From positions 4,898,001 through 4,962,000 of the forward strand of contig OZ076411.1 in assembly GCA_964187785.1 (NCBI GenBank): a stretch of 64,000 bases of DNA. The letters run 5' to 3'. Below the pieces are notes generated by a model, which was given only the letters and a program-made list of their open reading frames with translations, was not told where the DNA came from and did no database searches. Origin of the DNA: Amphiscolops sp. MND2022 (lineage: Eukaryota). Shown one piece after another: positions 50,135 to 63,829 of the stretch; the first letter of the stretch is position 1, and each line of letters opens with the position of its first letter. The position numbers and the translations under genes are program-made.

Positions 50135-50869
50135 ATGAATAACTACGACTTAGTTATCGATATCTCCTCCGACGAAGAAGAACGGGGTAGCAACGTAAGA
50201 CAGAGCACCCCAATCAAAATACTCCCGCTTAATGTGATAACAACACTGGATCTTTCTGAAGCCTCCTTAGAAGCTACAAAAGGCAGCGCAGAAGAGATGA
50301 TGGACTCTATCAATAGTCTAAATTTATCCGGCATCTCAGCGTCTACATTTGAGACTATCGGTTCACCGAGAAAAATAAACTTCGGCACTACAAGCCCTGG
50401 CGAAGCTTTCATAGTGGAAGGGCATAGTACTGAAACGCCTGAAGAAAGCTACTTTGAAGAGCCGGATACTCCCCGTCAACTACCGCCGCTGCAGCCCGCC
50501 CCAGTATTACGAGACGTGTCTAACAAAGAGCTTCAGTACAATGGACCGCCTGCAAAAGCCGACAAACTCGACGACTTGATGGAGCCAGCAGTAGAAGAAA
50601 TCGAAAACGCCTATGGCATAGATCTACAAAGCAGCCGAGAGAACAGCCCGTTGTGCGGACGGGGAACGCGCTATACTTCTACAAAACTGGCAAGAGCACG
50701 AAAACAACCAGTACTGATCACCAGAGAGATTCCCCACTGCCCCAGACCGTGGTCAACAGGCTATAGAGGCGCCCTGTCACGACCCGCTCCCGGTCGGGAC
50801 TTCACTTGCTGTGGAGGAATACCGCAATTCACGCGAGGAAAAGGACACGGCAGAGCTACACAACATTAA
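50135..50869 (+). CDS. Sense ORF3 of element 2 (244 aa, acidic and disordered), reading through the PPT 95 bp into the 3' LTR
   Basis: Open frame 50033-50869; N-terminal LVIDISSDEEE and QSTP motifs resemble element 1 ORF3. Confidence 0.7.
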   Translation: MNNYDLVIDISSDEEERGSNVRQSTPIKILPLNVITTLDLSEASLEATKGSAEEMMDSINSLNLSGISASTFETIGSPRKINFGTTSPGEAFIVEGHSTETPEESYFEEPDTPRQLPPLQPAPVLRDVSNKELQYNGPPAKADKLDDLMEPAVEEIENAYGIDLQSSRENSPLCGRGTRYTSTKLARARKQPVLITREIPHCPRPWSTGYRGALSRPAPGRDFTCCGGIPQFTRGKGHGRATQH

Positions 50870-52902
50870 GTAAACTCTATTTAATGCCTTACCTTTTATC
50901 CAAACAGCAGCACGAATTAAGTTTAACGGAAGCGCAACGTAAATTATTCAAAAATGATTTAGACAAAAAGAAAATTTCCGGTTTAATGATTTCACATGCA
51001 ATCGTTTCATCACTTCCGGTTTCGACTGATGAAAATTCCATGCCAATCTAAATATTAAAAAGGAAACATCCTTAACACTGGGATCAATTTTTCTTTTCTC
51101 CACACTAAAATGGAAACGCTAAAACAATATTTAATTCCGTGATCCCAACGGAACGCATACGATCTAAAATGAAAGAACATACAAAGAGAATGGTGGAATT
51201 GTTTTCCAATGATTGATCAGTTGTGAATATCCACTTAAGAATGCAGTTAAGCAACTTAAGAGAATATTTACAACGCAATGACAACGTCACTAAGCTTGAT
51301 TGAAAAGTAAATGTTTCTATTTTTACGGACCAATAGCGTCGCCTTTCACCATCCCTAGTTACCATAGCAACGCCAATTGAGAGAGAGAATAAGAATGAAT
51401 TTGTTAACGCTGTCCGCTCCGTCTCCGCAAGCAAGCACTGCTCAACTATACCTAATCTTAATACGTACGGAGCGATTACGGAGCAAATTGTAATGCGAAG
51501 AAGCTATACCCAATCTTAATACGTAGGGAGCATTTACGGAGCGTTTACGGAGTGAATTGTAATAGGTGAAGTTATACCTAATGTTAATACATGTAAGACA
51601 AGCGTGGAAAATTCTAAAACACAGAAGCTATCCAAATACATTAGGATGTTCCTGAGGTCATGTAGAATTATTCCGAGATATTTAAATTATCATAAGGTTT
51701 TTCTTTTTCCACCCGGATTTTCTCCGTTTTAGTGATCGATTAAAAGGTTCGTGCTGTTAATTAGGATAAAAGCGAATCCTTACAAAAGGGTGCTTCTTCC
51801 TATTCTGTAGAAGAATATTTTGTGTATTAATCACGTTGTAGAAACGTTGTTTTCGTGCATATGCTATTTAATTGTTGCATTTGTCAGTGTTAACTAACTC
51901 AATTCATGTAAAGTTAGATAGATTATTGTTGGTTGTTTTCTGATTTACAATAATCAGGTTTTTTAGTTCGTATTCATCACCTTTCCAGCATCATTTGTTC
52001 CTTCTCAAATATCTCAGTTTTTCAATCCAAAATTCGCCCGAGATATCTCTGTAACAAATTTCGCTTGTCATTTCTTTTATCGCAAGCTGAAAGTTTACCG
52101 CTCGTAAAGTGAATCATCGTTCATGCCCGCGTGCTTTCCGCGATAAAGTTTCAACTAGACATTTGTTTTGCCGCCTTTTTCCGCGATCAAACCGGAAATG
52201 ATGTTAATGAACAAAAATGATTTCAACAAGTACTCCGTAAGGGATCCGTGACTAGGAATTTTAAATCATGAACAATTAATAAAAGGGTTGAAATAATAAG
52301 GATGATTAAGCATTTTTGTTGAACAAAACCGATTTTAAGGATTCCTAGGAATTTTTAGGTGAGGAACAAATGATGCTGTGAAAGTATATATACCTAAGGA
52401 TTTGTAAATCTGTTTGATCTGTTTCCTAATCTACTCCGTTAATACTTCGTTTTGAAAACCATATTTCTTTGAAGAATTCAAATTTTCCAAAGAACAATCA
52501 CTCTCTCGCTCTGTCTAAAAATGACTACTAGAAGCCAGAAGAGAAAAGCTATTGAAGAACTAGTTTCTACTGAAATGGAGACCCCAATACCTGAGACTAA
52601 CCAAAACTTAAATCCCGTAGTGGGGACGAGTAAATCTCCTAGAGTAATCACTGAAAATCTAGAGGAAATCAAGTCTTCACTGAGAAAAGAGATCATGTCT
52701 GATCTTACCAAAATCTTAGCTGAAAATCAAAAGGAGATGCTAAAACTAATAGCTGCTCCTGTTAAAAAACAGACCGTCGTAGCAACTACTGAAGAAACAG
52801 ATTCTGAATCCGAAAATATCCCGGAAAATGCAACTTCGACACCAATCAAAAATAAAACCGCTGCGACTAATCGAAAAATCACCCCGATAAATAGTCGTAA
52901 CA
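50775..52902 (+). repeat. 3' LTR of element 2
   Basis: Matches 37232-39359; followed by TSD GGGGC. Confidence 0.97.
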
Positions 52903-52964
52903 GGGGCATATCCCATAAACTCTTCGAACAGTATTTGACAGATAGGTATCGTATCAGTTTGTGA
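52521..52964 (+). other. LTR-encoded Gag N-terminus fused in frame to the flanking LINE RT remnant (147 aa)
   Basis: 127 gag codons, then RGISHKLFEQYLTDRY from the LINE. Confidence 0.8.
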
Positions 52965-53900
52965 AAATTGAAGATAAATGCTCTACGATTAAACCTATAA
53001 AATGTGGAGTACCACAGGGATCAATATTGGGGCCTCTGTTATTTCTTGTTTATATGAATGATCTTGATACCGACCCAAACTGGCAGGGCGACTTTATACT
53101 CTATGCTAATGATATAGCTATGACTGATGAATTAAACTCTAACTCTGATGATGAAAATCTTTTGCTAAATTGGATGACAAAAAAAGGAGTTGCCTGTAAT
53201 TCCGAAACACAAATTCGTAGTTTTTGAGAAAAGATTTTGAGGACAATTATTCGAACATTTGGAAAGTATTCGAATATAAAAATTGAGGACAAAAATTCTC
53301 TATTTAGAGTTATAAATATTTAGGATTGTTTTTTGATACAAAACTAAATTTTGAAGTACACGTTACCAATGTCATTCAAAAACTTGCGCGACATAGTGGC
53401 ATACTTTATATATTGAGGGAAACTTTAAATAAAAAAACAACTAATACAGTACACTAGATCATATGTATCACCGGTTGTTCACAATGGTGCACTTTTGTAT
53501 GGGTTAGGCCCTAAATCTAGGCTACAGAAAATTTTATTGCTTCTGAAAAAATTATTCCGTTTAGTACTACGGGTTCCTCCCTGGGCAGTGTCATTCAAAA
53601 TTTCAAGGAATTCAGTATTGGAACAGTGTTTGAACATCACCTCTATGCAATATTCAAATTTTCACTTGATCACATCAGAAATGGTTTTAAAATTCTCAAT
53701 ATTGGGATACAAAATAGACAAACGAGAAACAAAATTCTCAATATATGGAAATTTGCTGAAAAAAGTGATCTCGATTTTCGTGCAATAACATTACCCAATG
53801 CACTACGCAAATGGGGTATTGCCTCCTGATAAAAACATATGCGAAATGGATGAAAAGCAAATCAAAAAGTTCTACCACCATATTGGAGATCTTTACATTT
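52903..53900 (+). pseudogene. Decayed LINE RT, 3' part
   Basis: CGVPQGSILGPLLFLVYMNDL, YANDI (degenerate YADD) and KYLGL..D.KLNF; continues the fragment ending at 37231. Confidence 0.88.
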
Positions 53901-54267
53901 TTGGAAATGACGAACAGATAAATATCATCTATAATAAATATTGAAGAGAGTGTCTCACACTGCATGGTCCTCCACAAGAGGACTTGCAAGGATGATTCTG
54001 CTGATACGATATCTGATCAGAAATAAATATGAAACAAAAAAAGTATGTAAAAAAAACAGTCTTATCCAGTCACTTGGAAATGCCTCTAACGTTTCCATAC
54101 TTTATTTTCTTTCGGGCATCTTCACAAAAAATTTTCTTTCTATTCGCTCACTTGATGCCCCTTCCTTAGCAATTTTGTAGAAATTTTTCAAGTTTCTACC
54201 TGTGAGTAGAAAAAAGTATTTTGTTGTTTAAATATGGCAGGATAAATTCAATTGCTATTTTAAAAAC

Positions 54268-54436
54268 GGACTGGAAAAGACCCTCAGTCCCGGACATTGT
54301 ACCAGTCCTTATCCTTACTGACGAGCTGAACTTCCGACGCTTGTTGTTACATTAAATAGAATTGCAAAAAATGACACAATACTGCCCGGAAGGAAGACGA
54401 ACCTTACTTTCAGTTGTGAGTTCCAAATTGAGTAAA
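54268..54436 (+). repeat. ~170-bp dispersed repeat (copy 2)
   Basis: Similar to 36363-36534. Confidence 0.75.
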
Positions 54437-54559
54437 CGTTTAAAATATTGATTTTTCATACGTGTTGAGGAAATTAATTCGTTTTTTAAAAAGTATTCCA
54501 AACTCTTTTTTCAAGCAAAGTTCGAACTTCTCCAAACCAAACTCCTTGTTTAACTACCA

Positions 54560-54845
54560 ATTAATTCCTATACACATATAGAGAGGCAATGCTGTACCCT
54601 TAAACAACAATGCTTTGTGCCACAAAGCTACATAACATGCTGTTCTGAGTACAAAGCCAGGTGCAAAGCCTATTATTACACCTTCCAAAGTCACCAAAAC
54701 TCAAGCTGAGCACCTTGATAATTTCCGCTAAAAATGTAATGCATCAGCCCGTGTTCGAACCCTCGACCTCGTTTCTGCTAGGCAGACGCACTACCAACTG
54801 CGCCATGGTGGAGATTTGGCAAGTGGAGTTCGAGAACCTATAACA
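54560..54845 (-). mobile_element. tRNA-derived SINE-like element
   Basis: A box TGGCGCAGTTGGTAG and B box GGTTCGAAC at 54741-54810; anticodon arm not canonical; extent of body approximate. Confidence 0.6.
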
Positions 54846-55097
54846 GTCCGGTAACTATATAGAATAGTCAAGTAGTGGATGGAGATCCTGGGGATTTGGC
54901 AGAAGTTGGAGAAAAACGCAGCACAGATCATGATTTTCCTTCTCCCTTTATATGTGGTCGGAAAATAATAAAACGGAAAAAGTAACATTGAGAACTTATT
55001 TACACGATTTTTTGAGACATTAACTTTTGGAACATGGGGAGCAGCTCGATGAGTTTGTTACACCAAAATTTGTTGGGAAAAAGTAGAATCTCCAGAG

Positions 55098-57236
55098 TGT
55101 CACGACCCGCACCCGGTCGTCAGTTTTCCAAAGTTTACAAGAAGCATTGGACACGGCTAGAGCAAGTATGCTTAAAAAATAGAACTTCAGTCTAATTCTA
55201 CCAACAGTGCAGCTAAACATTTCGTAGACAACTTTTCTGAATTAAAAAACCTACGTAAGCACCACTGAATATTTTGGAAATGATTTTGATCTAAATAAAA
55301 CATCCTGTCTAACATTTTGTGCGTAATCATTTTTACTTCCGGTTTATCTCCTGCGATTCACATACTGATCTAAGTAGAAAAACTAAGACGATATTCCGTA
55401 CAGAAAATTAGTTCTTCTTTTCCACCCTGAAAAGATGAAAAGAAACATTAAGGATAAAATTTACCACTGTAATTTCAGCGGAATGCAAACAATCTAAAAT
55501 GAAAAACATACAGAATATTGTAGTGGATTGTTTCCCAACATTAGAGTAGTTGTCAAAAGTCATTTCAAATACAGTCAAGTAAGTGAAGAGAAAAATTACA
55601 ACGTTATGGCAACATCACTCAGCGGAGTAAGTAACTGGTGTTTCTATTTTTACGGACCAAGAGCGTCGCTCCCTTAGTTGCGTTATTTGCGCTCAATCAA
55701 ATAAGAGTGATTTTCTACTGACGTCACTAGCTGAGTGAATAAGGGTGAAAGCCTAAGCTCTCCGCTTTCTCTCCGTCGAAATTGGCTTAGCTATACCTAA
55801 TCTTAATACGTACGGAGACGTTACGGAGCAATTTGAATAATTGTAGCAGTGAGAAGGCATTTTAAGCTAGTTTTGAAAGGAATATCTCCAATAAACGATG
55901 CATTAGGAGATCTTCAGGAATAGAGTTTTACACGACAAAGCTGTACTGTAAGGGAGGGTTGTGAAACTGTGTTGATATTTTTAATGTTTTGGATTTGTAC
56001 TGAATACTAATCATGGAATCACGTTCACCTTACGTAACATGCGAATTTTCATAATGAATCAAACTTGAACTCTTCACAATAACTATGGTTTACAGTTTAA
56101 CGGACGATCCCAAAATTTACGTAAGAGCGACGTCATTTATATACTTGTTTCACTCCCGAACAAATGTGATTCCATGTCCGGTGCTCTTGCTGAATCTCAA
56201 AATAAAATTATGATTGTCGCACACAGGGTGACAAAATTCCTTTGTAACTATTCGTCGTTTGATGTTTTATACCTATTTATTACGAAGTGAATTCTTGTCG
56301 GCCGTAAGGCTTCCGTTTGATTTTCAGTTTTGTTGCTGAGGTAAATAGTTGTAATACATAAATTATGTCAATTTTGTCAAACTAAATGCGTTTGTAACTT
56401 CTTGTAGACACTAAAACATGTAACATTTAGCATCATTTGTTCCCTTTCACTCATCTCAGTATTTCCTTCACCCTTGAACAATTTCATTCCGTCTCAGTTA
56501 GCTCGTCATTTTCGCGCGTCACACTGTATGTTATCTCCAGATTTCCCAACTTGAAAAATGCCTAATTGATCACGCCGGCGTGCCCCCGTTAATGAAATTA
56601 TTAAACGGACCTTCATATTGCCGCCATTTCAAGATTAAACAGGAAATGTACAAGCATGAACAAAAACAATTTCAACAGGTGCAACGGAATACCAACGATA
56701 CAAGGAATTTCGATACCTGTTTTTCCGAAGCTGGACTGAAATGATTTGGGCAACTAGGAAGTTTCAGTGATTAAACCCAATTTTTACGATACCTAGGATT
56801 TTTTTCGGGAGGAACAATGATGCTAAGAAGGTTTATAATTATTTAATATATATTAAAAAATGACAACTAGAATTCAAGAACGGAAAGCTGTAGCTGAGCT
56901 AGATTCTGGAGAATTCGGAGCCTCTACGACAGAGAAAAATCAAACTGAAAGCTGCGTAGCCGTTCCGAGTACATCCCCCAAAATTCAATCTGAGAAGCTT
57001 GACGAGATAATAACGTCACTAAGAAAAGGGATCATGTCTGATCTCTCCAAGATCACAGCTGAAAATTGAAAGAAGTTGAAACTAATAGCCTCTGTCATTC
57101 AAAAACCTGTAACCATCCAAAATCGAGATAACTCTGATTCTGAATCAGAAAACGTTCTTCCTAATACAACATCAACTCCAATAAAAACAAAAGCGACTAC
57201 TTCTAACTAAAACTATACCGGTGAATAGTCGTAACA
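55098..57236 (+). mobile_element. Solo LTR (2139 bp) of a family related to element 2
   Basis: TGTCACGACCCGC...AGTCGTAACA; TSD CAGAG (55093-55097, 57237-57241); decayed gag N-terminus MTTRIQERKAVAEL at 56860. Confidence 0.92.
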
Positions 57237-58612
57237 CAGAGCTTACAGATTTTCTGATATTCCAACAAAGATTGCCACTGTAAGATACGTGCACGTCTTC
57301 CAAAACTTTTGCTGACTAAAAGCATAACACTCACTTTAGTATCTGTATCTTTAGATTTCAAGTAAAGCTTCAAAACCAAATTGGCTCATTCAATCAAAGG
57401 TTTAATCAAAATTTGCCAATTTTTCAAGCCACTATTTTTTTGCAAATGATAACCATCCCTCGAATTTTTTAAAATTTAAATTCAAGATCTGACACGTAAC
57501 CAGAGTGGACCAAGAGGAACTGAAATTCCCTCTTTGAGTTTTCCACAAATGTAGCTGATCTGCAAAACTGTTTAAATTGCTTTTGTTTCTTTGTGTAACT
57601 TTTTCATTAAACATTCATACCGGCAAAGGGTACCAATTACTTTTTAAAATGTTTTCACGTGAAATTTTTTTTTCAACTCAAAAATTTCTATGCGAATGGT
57701 TTCAGCTCTCTTTTCAAAAATACCATGAAAACATATTCCAACTATTCGAGCTCTTTGAAAACATGAAAACATATTATTTGAACTCTTTCAGCCTTGGACA
57801 GGGACCAACTTTAGACTTTCGTGTCTTTGTGACTGTTAAAACAATACAATTCGGGGCGAGCATGATTATACGTTCGATTCCGTGACTGTAGCGATTCAAT
57901 TTTTTTGGGTAAGATAATAAGACAAAATATACAAAGGTACCATCTCTAATCAAGATATCAAAAATGAAACAGAAGCAGGTCTTAAAGTTCTCTGACACTC
58001 ATCAGTTCTGTTTCAACCCAGCGTTTTGTGCTGACAGAAAAACATTTTTTTCCGAATGGTTGAATTACCGAGCAACCTAAAAATACGCTTCATTGTAAGT
58101 AGAAGAAGTGTTTTTTTTCAAATTCACAAAAGTGTCGAAAACTAAAGAATATTTATATCGTTGGCGAATTATTTCAAAGGTAGAGTAAATTTTGGGATGT
58201 GTATTTGACAAAAACCTTTAGGAATGAAATAGAAAATGTCTTTGATGGCGTGAAGAACTTTGTCTTAAGAATTGCGTGAAAGGGGGTTGTTTTTCTGGAC
58301 AACCCTAGTTGAGACTGCAGGAACTTTTTACATGCTGCAGGCCTGCATGCAGGATAAGTTTTTTCTAAAAGATTCAATAAAGTTCCGGTGGTAAATCTTG
58401 TAGAATTACACTGCATTTTCCACTACAGCAATTAAATTTGAAAATATTTCCCCCTTGTTTTACGGACACGATCACCTTGTATTCACACATTGATTTCTCA
58501 AATACTCATCTGATTTAATCACCGCTTCTCAAATAGGACGCTGAAGATGACGTTAGTTTGCTGTTTACATCGTGAATGAAGCTAATTTGCATTAAAATGG
58601 TGGCAAAATTGT

Positions 58613-59490
58613 TGTGATAATCCTTCTCCTCAGAGTCCTCATTTGATATTATTGTTTCGTCTAAGTTTGGTATGTTTTGTAAAATGGTCTAGCAGGATTC
58701 CCTAATTCTTTCATATCAGAGGCCCTAAGGGGTGATTTTCATTTTCTGTATCTGATCTTTTTACGTTAGATGCGTGTACTCCAGTAGACCTATCATGTTT
58801 GGATCCCGAAGGTTGAGAGTTCTGAATTCCGTTTATTTCGGATCTGGAATTTGTTACTGTTGATGCACTTTTATTTGTTCTTATTTCTTCCAAGATTGCT
58901 TCAAACTGGTTTTCCATCTCTTCCTTCATTTTCATTATTCTGTCGTTGTTCTTTTGTTTGAAGTTTTCAGTCCATTTCTGGATCGCATTTTCTGATTTGA
59001 CTATGTTCTACTAACTGAGACCCTGAATCGTCTCCACCTAAAGATTCCTGAACAACGGTATTAACATTAGTCAAAGTTTCATTACCTTGGTTTAGCGTCT
59101 CCACATGTACTTTAGTCAAATCTCTGTCAAGTGATGGTGTTTCCAATCTCCTAGATCACCTCACCTGTTTTACTTGTTTCCCATCTTTCTCAAATGAAAA
59201 ATGTGTTGAGATTGCTGGAGAAGAAATTGAATTTACTCACGAGTCTTCGACAAAACAGATTGGAAGAGTAGAACAACAGTTGAATGAGAAAACTGGTTTT
59301 ACAACGATTGAGAAATGATTTTGAGCGACTGATTCTGACGAAGGTTTTTCCAAAGAATGATAAGTCCCTGCACTTTTATGCATCAAGGAAAAACATCTAG
59401 GATTACACGCTTTTTATGAGTGTCATGATACCCAAAACATATAAATCGAATTTATAGCTCCAAATCATACGCTACATGAAAGTATTGCAC
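58613..59490 (-). mobile_element. Partial LTR of another Gypsy family, with LTR-encoded gag N-terminus
   Basis: Minus strand ends ...GGATTATCACA at 58613; gag-like MKMKEEMENQFEAILEEIRTNKS; no PBS follows; right end and TSD not found. Confidence 0.55.
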
Positions 59491-59538
59491 AAATATGGTG
59501 AGAACCCTGAGAATCCACATTTTAACGTATATACGTCT

Positions 59539-60042
59539 TTTTAGTCGGCGCTTCTCTAGTGAAAAGTGCCCGATTCTTACAGTGGTTAGCTTTTTTCTTT
59601 TTTTTTTGTTTTTTGTCAGACTACAATCTCACTCTGATTGGGCCACTTTTCTTACAATTGAAACTACTAAAACTACTACCATAAGGCCAAGTCCGGTCAG
59701 CGGAAATTAGTGCAAAAGGGTCCCCCTTTCGTTTTTTACTTTTTTACCGTAACCCACAAAACCGGACGAGACGGTCCCCCCTTTTGATTTTTTCGCCATT
59801 GTGCGACTTTTTTCGAAAATTTTTTAATGTCTCAAAAGAGTCCCCCTTTCGAGTTTTTTGATATTTTGCAACGGGAATATATGTTAATAAAGCCGAAAGG
59901 GTCCCCCCTTTTGCATTTTTCGGCACTATGTGACATTTTCTGATGGAAAAACAATCAACAATTTCAAGTTTTTTTTAAAGTCTTTTGCGCTTTTTTTAGC
60001 CTTAGATATAGCGCCGATTTTAGACGTTCTCGTCTTGTTTTT
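59539..60042 (-). repeat. Dispersed repeat family A copy
   Basis: TTTTAGTCGGCGCTT at the left; reverse complement of the 5' block at the right. Confidence 0.7.
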
Positions 60043-63000
60043 CCGCACAGTGACGTATAAATAAAGCATAGCACTGTGTGGGATAAATGATGAATTTCCG
60101 CAAAATGCCGCAAATGCGGTAACAAAATTCCGCATGTTGTTGTATATGCGCCTGGATGTTTCCGCATGGTACCGCATAATTAATAGTTAAAAACGGCACA
60201 ATGAAGTACATACGTCACTATGTTTTCTGCAAAGTGATGTAAGATTAATGGTTCACAAACCAAGTGTTAAGTAATCATCAAGTTCCATTTATGAGTACAA
60301 TCTAAATTTGGCAAAATGACTCAATAGTTGGGGTTGTGACCAAGGTAAAGCGTCAAGAAAGCATTTTAAAAAATGTATCTCAATTCATGATGATTATTTT
60401 TTACACTTCAAAAGGAGAAAATACAGGAACAAATATTTACATGACTCGATATTGCAATCAAAACAAACAATGAAACACTAATTGTTGTGGTTTAGGCAGT
60501 TTATAGTTCTGTAGTTCTGTTAAAACAAGTTTGCTTCTCGGGCTGCACCTGTCGTTCTCTTTCTAGACTTGCATAACTGGACCAGAGCAGCCATGAGGCT
60601 GCGACATTTGTTGACGTCTCAGCTGCATTTAAAATTAGAACTGACGCATATAGAAACTTGCAGAACTTCACGGCTTGAAATTGCCGCCAAAACTTTGATG
60701 ACTCTTTAAAGCAGCTCGATAAAAGTTAGTGACAACAGGGACATATTAATGCATTAAAGTTTCCGTAATATATTTAGATTATCATAATAAAAGTTGCTGG
60801 CAACATTAAAGTACATGTAAAAAGTTCAAGCATGTTCAACAAGGGAAACGGATAAAACAGGGGCCTCTTTGAAATTACCTTACTACCTACAGCAGACATT
60901 CGATTGTGATTAACTAGCTAGAAATTTTGGAACTCTCAGGTATACAGACACCGTGAACATTAAAAACTAAGTTTATGTGACTCATATTCAACTACTTTTT
61001 GTTAGTTTTGACAGAATTGGACCAATAAAACCTCATAATTTTTGGTTTGTGACCCGAGAAATTTTACAACTATCATGCTCTAGCAAATTTTATACATTTA
61101 TTGTCTTTCATGATTGTAAATTTTCTAACCTTCAAATCAACTTTTTGACACAATCAGCAATGATGTGCTACGTTCTGATCGGTTCTTGTTTTCATAGAGC
61201 TTCTTTTGAGTTGCTGACAATAGCTTTATAAAATAAATTAACTAGACCTTTCTTCAACTTAGAACCTAGAAAAATTGGTTCTCCTTTGAGAAACGTTTTC
61301 ACTGTTTGAACACAGAAACGAAAAAAAGCAACTCAATGTTAGGTTTTTCTATACTTGTTTATAGCGATTTTTTGCTCTAACTTACAATAATCATTCAGTG
61401 AAAATCATTGGAACATTCACTTTTTGATCGAGTTATTTTAGGCAAGAAAAATTTAGTTCTTTACGGATCCTTTGATGTTCGAAAGAAAGGATGATTGATC
61501 AAAAAATAAAAAAACCTGAATGAAAAAAACGTGACAAATTTGACCCATTTTTAGCTAGTTTGCCTAGTTGCCAGAAACTTGATAAACTTTCAACAGTTTC
61601 ATGGCAAACTCTCACACTGAAATTTTCTTTTTCAGCAACGAATGTTACAGGTTTCTTCCAGTATTATCAAACAAACCAAGTGAGTGAAGCCGTTTTTTGA
61701 CCTCTTTCACCAACTTTTCGGGAAAAATCTTCTGTGAAAACTTTGAACAAATCTCATCACAGTTTTCATCGCTGGCAAAAAAGGTTGACCTCATCAGTGC
61801 TAGAAACTGGACTATGGCAAAATCTTCTGGAGGGCTTCTCGTTTTCACTAAGCCCGATTCTTTTCTGTAACGTCCAGCTAGCAGCGTACATCCTAGAAGT
61901 GGGACAATGCCTAGATTGCTTGAACAGGAGACAAGTGTCTTACTACAACCTCGACATTAGTTTTCAATCCCAAAATGGTCTCCTAAGGGTACTTTTCATA
62001 CGTCTAAAGAGGCTCCTCAGTTAGAGCTCCGAGGCGACGTTCCGGCACTCTCAAAGCCTGTAAAAGCGTTCCACAAGCCTGTAAAAACGAATTCTAAGGT
62101 TCCTAACGTTCCTGCGACTTCCTACATACTTCCGAGGTCGAAAAACAGGTGTTTAGCTAAAGTACATTGTATTATCGGACTAACATCTAAAATAATTCAA
62201 ATAGGGATCAAACATCAAATACCTGCAAAAACCACAAATACGGTACAACAGACTAAGAAAACATCAGGCGTCAGTGTCTGCGAGTCTTGGACTTGCGAGG
62301 TGGCAAAATTGCGATGACATGCAAAATATGCACACTTCTGAGTTTCTTCATCTCGGGCCATTTTTCGGGTTCTGCTGTTAACTGGGACGTCTTCCGAGGG
62401 GAATGGCACCGCATGGCGATTTCGGGGATACTTCTATGGCGGGGTGTTCTCTCTCGGGCTTGGAGGTGGGTGTGTTTTGTTGGTTTTTTCGTATTCCTTT
62501 TCGAATTTCTGTACCTGCCAGGTCGGCCAATTTGAATGATCTCAATTGCTATCGCACATTTCGAATTTTTCATAGAAATTTTCATCAGTTGATGGACGTT
62601 AAAACCTTCCGGAGGTCTCCTCGTTTTCACTAAGCCCGATTTATTGATTTTTTTGAATTTTTGAAGCCATCTGAATTTGCATGGTAAAGCTACTTTACTT
62701 ATATATATATATAGGTTTGTTCAGCTCACTTTTACGGTGTTGTTTGGGAGGGTAAACGTGTTCTTGCATAAAATTTGACCTGTTGATATTGGCCCCACGC
62801 ATGAAATTGCATGGAACCCTCTTCAATTAACAACTGGGTATATCACCCGATGAGTAAGTAAGACTCTTCATTCTTCCACTGTAACTTATGGAGGCTAAAA
62901 ATGCTGAAATTTTATTTGGATTGATATGAAACAAGGGTATTCCAATGAAGCTTTCAGAGCAGTCGTTGTGAATTTCGGACATTTTTTGACATTTTTTTTC

Positions 63001-63473
63001 ACTTTTTGTTCCATCACTGGCTAGAACTAGACCTGGCCTGGCACGGGGTAAATTAGTTGATTCCCATCGATGGACCAGGCCTGGATCAAATCTGGACATG
63101 AACGGAACTATGATAGAGTCCTAATACGGGTTTTAGCATTTCCGGGTTGTCCCTCTTTCGAGCACAGCATCTTGGCGTTTAGATGTTATTCCAGCGCTTT
63201 TAGATCTTACTCCAGTAATGTTTATACATATTTTGCTTTTTAGATGTTTTTCCGGTGGTGCTAGATACTGTTCTAGTGATTTTAGAATTAAATCAGTGCA
63301 CTTTGATGTTTTTCTAGTGGTTGTAGAGATCATACTGTAATTCCATTGTTTTGAGAGTGAATTGTAGACTATTTCTTTCAATAAGTTTTAATTTAATGTT
63401 TTTCGGATGCTGTTTTTTCCTTAAGGTCAAGAAATTCGGAACAAATTTTTCTTGCGATCTTGTCTTTCTGGAT

Positions 63474-63829
63474 CAGAGTTTTGACACCGCTAATCAGCGA
63501 TTTAGCGAATTAGCGGCCGCGCAGGAATTTTTCAGCGATTTCATTAGCGATTCCAATTAGCGGTAACTAACAGACCCTCCAAATTCAAAATTTCTTCTGG
63601 GTATAGACGGTGTTTCAAAATGAATTTCGGAAAAATTCCAACTCTTACCCTTGTAAAACTCACACAGTACAAAAAATTATAGTCTTTTTTCTTCCAAAAA
63701 CCGAATAAGGTATTTTGAAACATACTTGAAGCTAAACATTTAATATTTGCAGAAAAAGTTTTTCAGCGAAATAGCGATTTTCAAATAGCGGTTTAGCGAT
63801 TAGCGGAAAACAGCGATGTCAAAACCCTG
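63474..63829. mobile_element. hAT-type MITE, second copy
   Basis: TIRs CAGAGTTTTGACA and TGTCAAAACCCTG; body matches 30768-31127; flanking 8-mers TTCTGGAT and CTCTTGAT match at 6/8. Confidence 0.85.

Larger units (their letters stand above)
37232..52902 (+). mobile_element. Full-length Ty3/Gypsy LTR retrotransposon, element 2 (15.7 kb)
   Basis: 2128-bp LTRs TGTCACGAC...GTCGTAACA; TSD GGGGC (37227-37231, 52903-52907); PBS; gag and pol. Confidence 0.97.

Noticed and set aside
54741-54810. Functional tRNA gene
   Set aside because: A and B boxes are present, but acceptor and anticodon stems do not pair canonically; treated as SINE-like.
60568-60724. Apparent host exon (TTTCTAG ... GTTAGT)
   Set aside because: All three frames contain stops and no partner exons were found.
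61820-62642. ~42-bp repeat pair (61820-61860, 62601-62642) with intervening ORF fragments
   Set aside because: No TG...CA ends, TSD or recognisable protein; cannot be classified.
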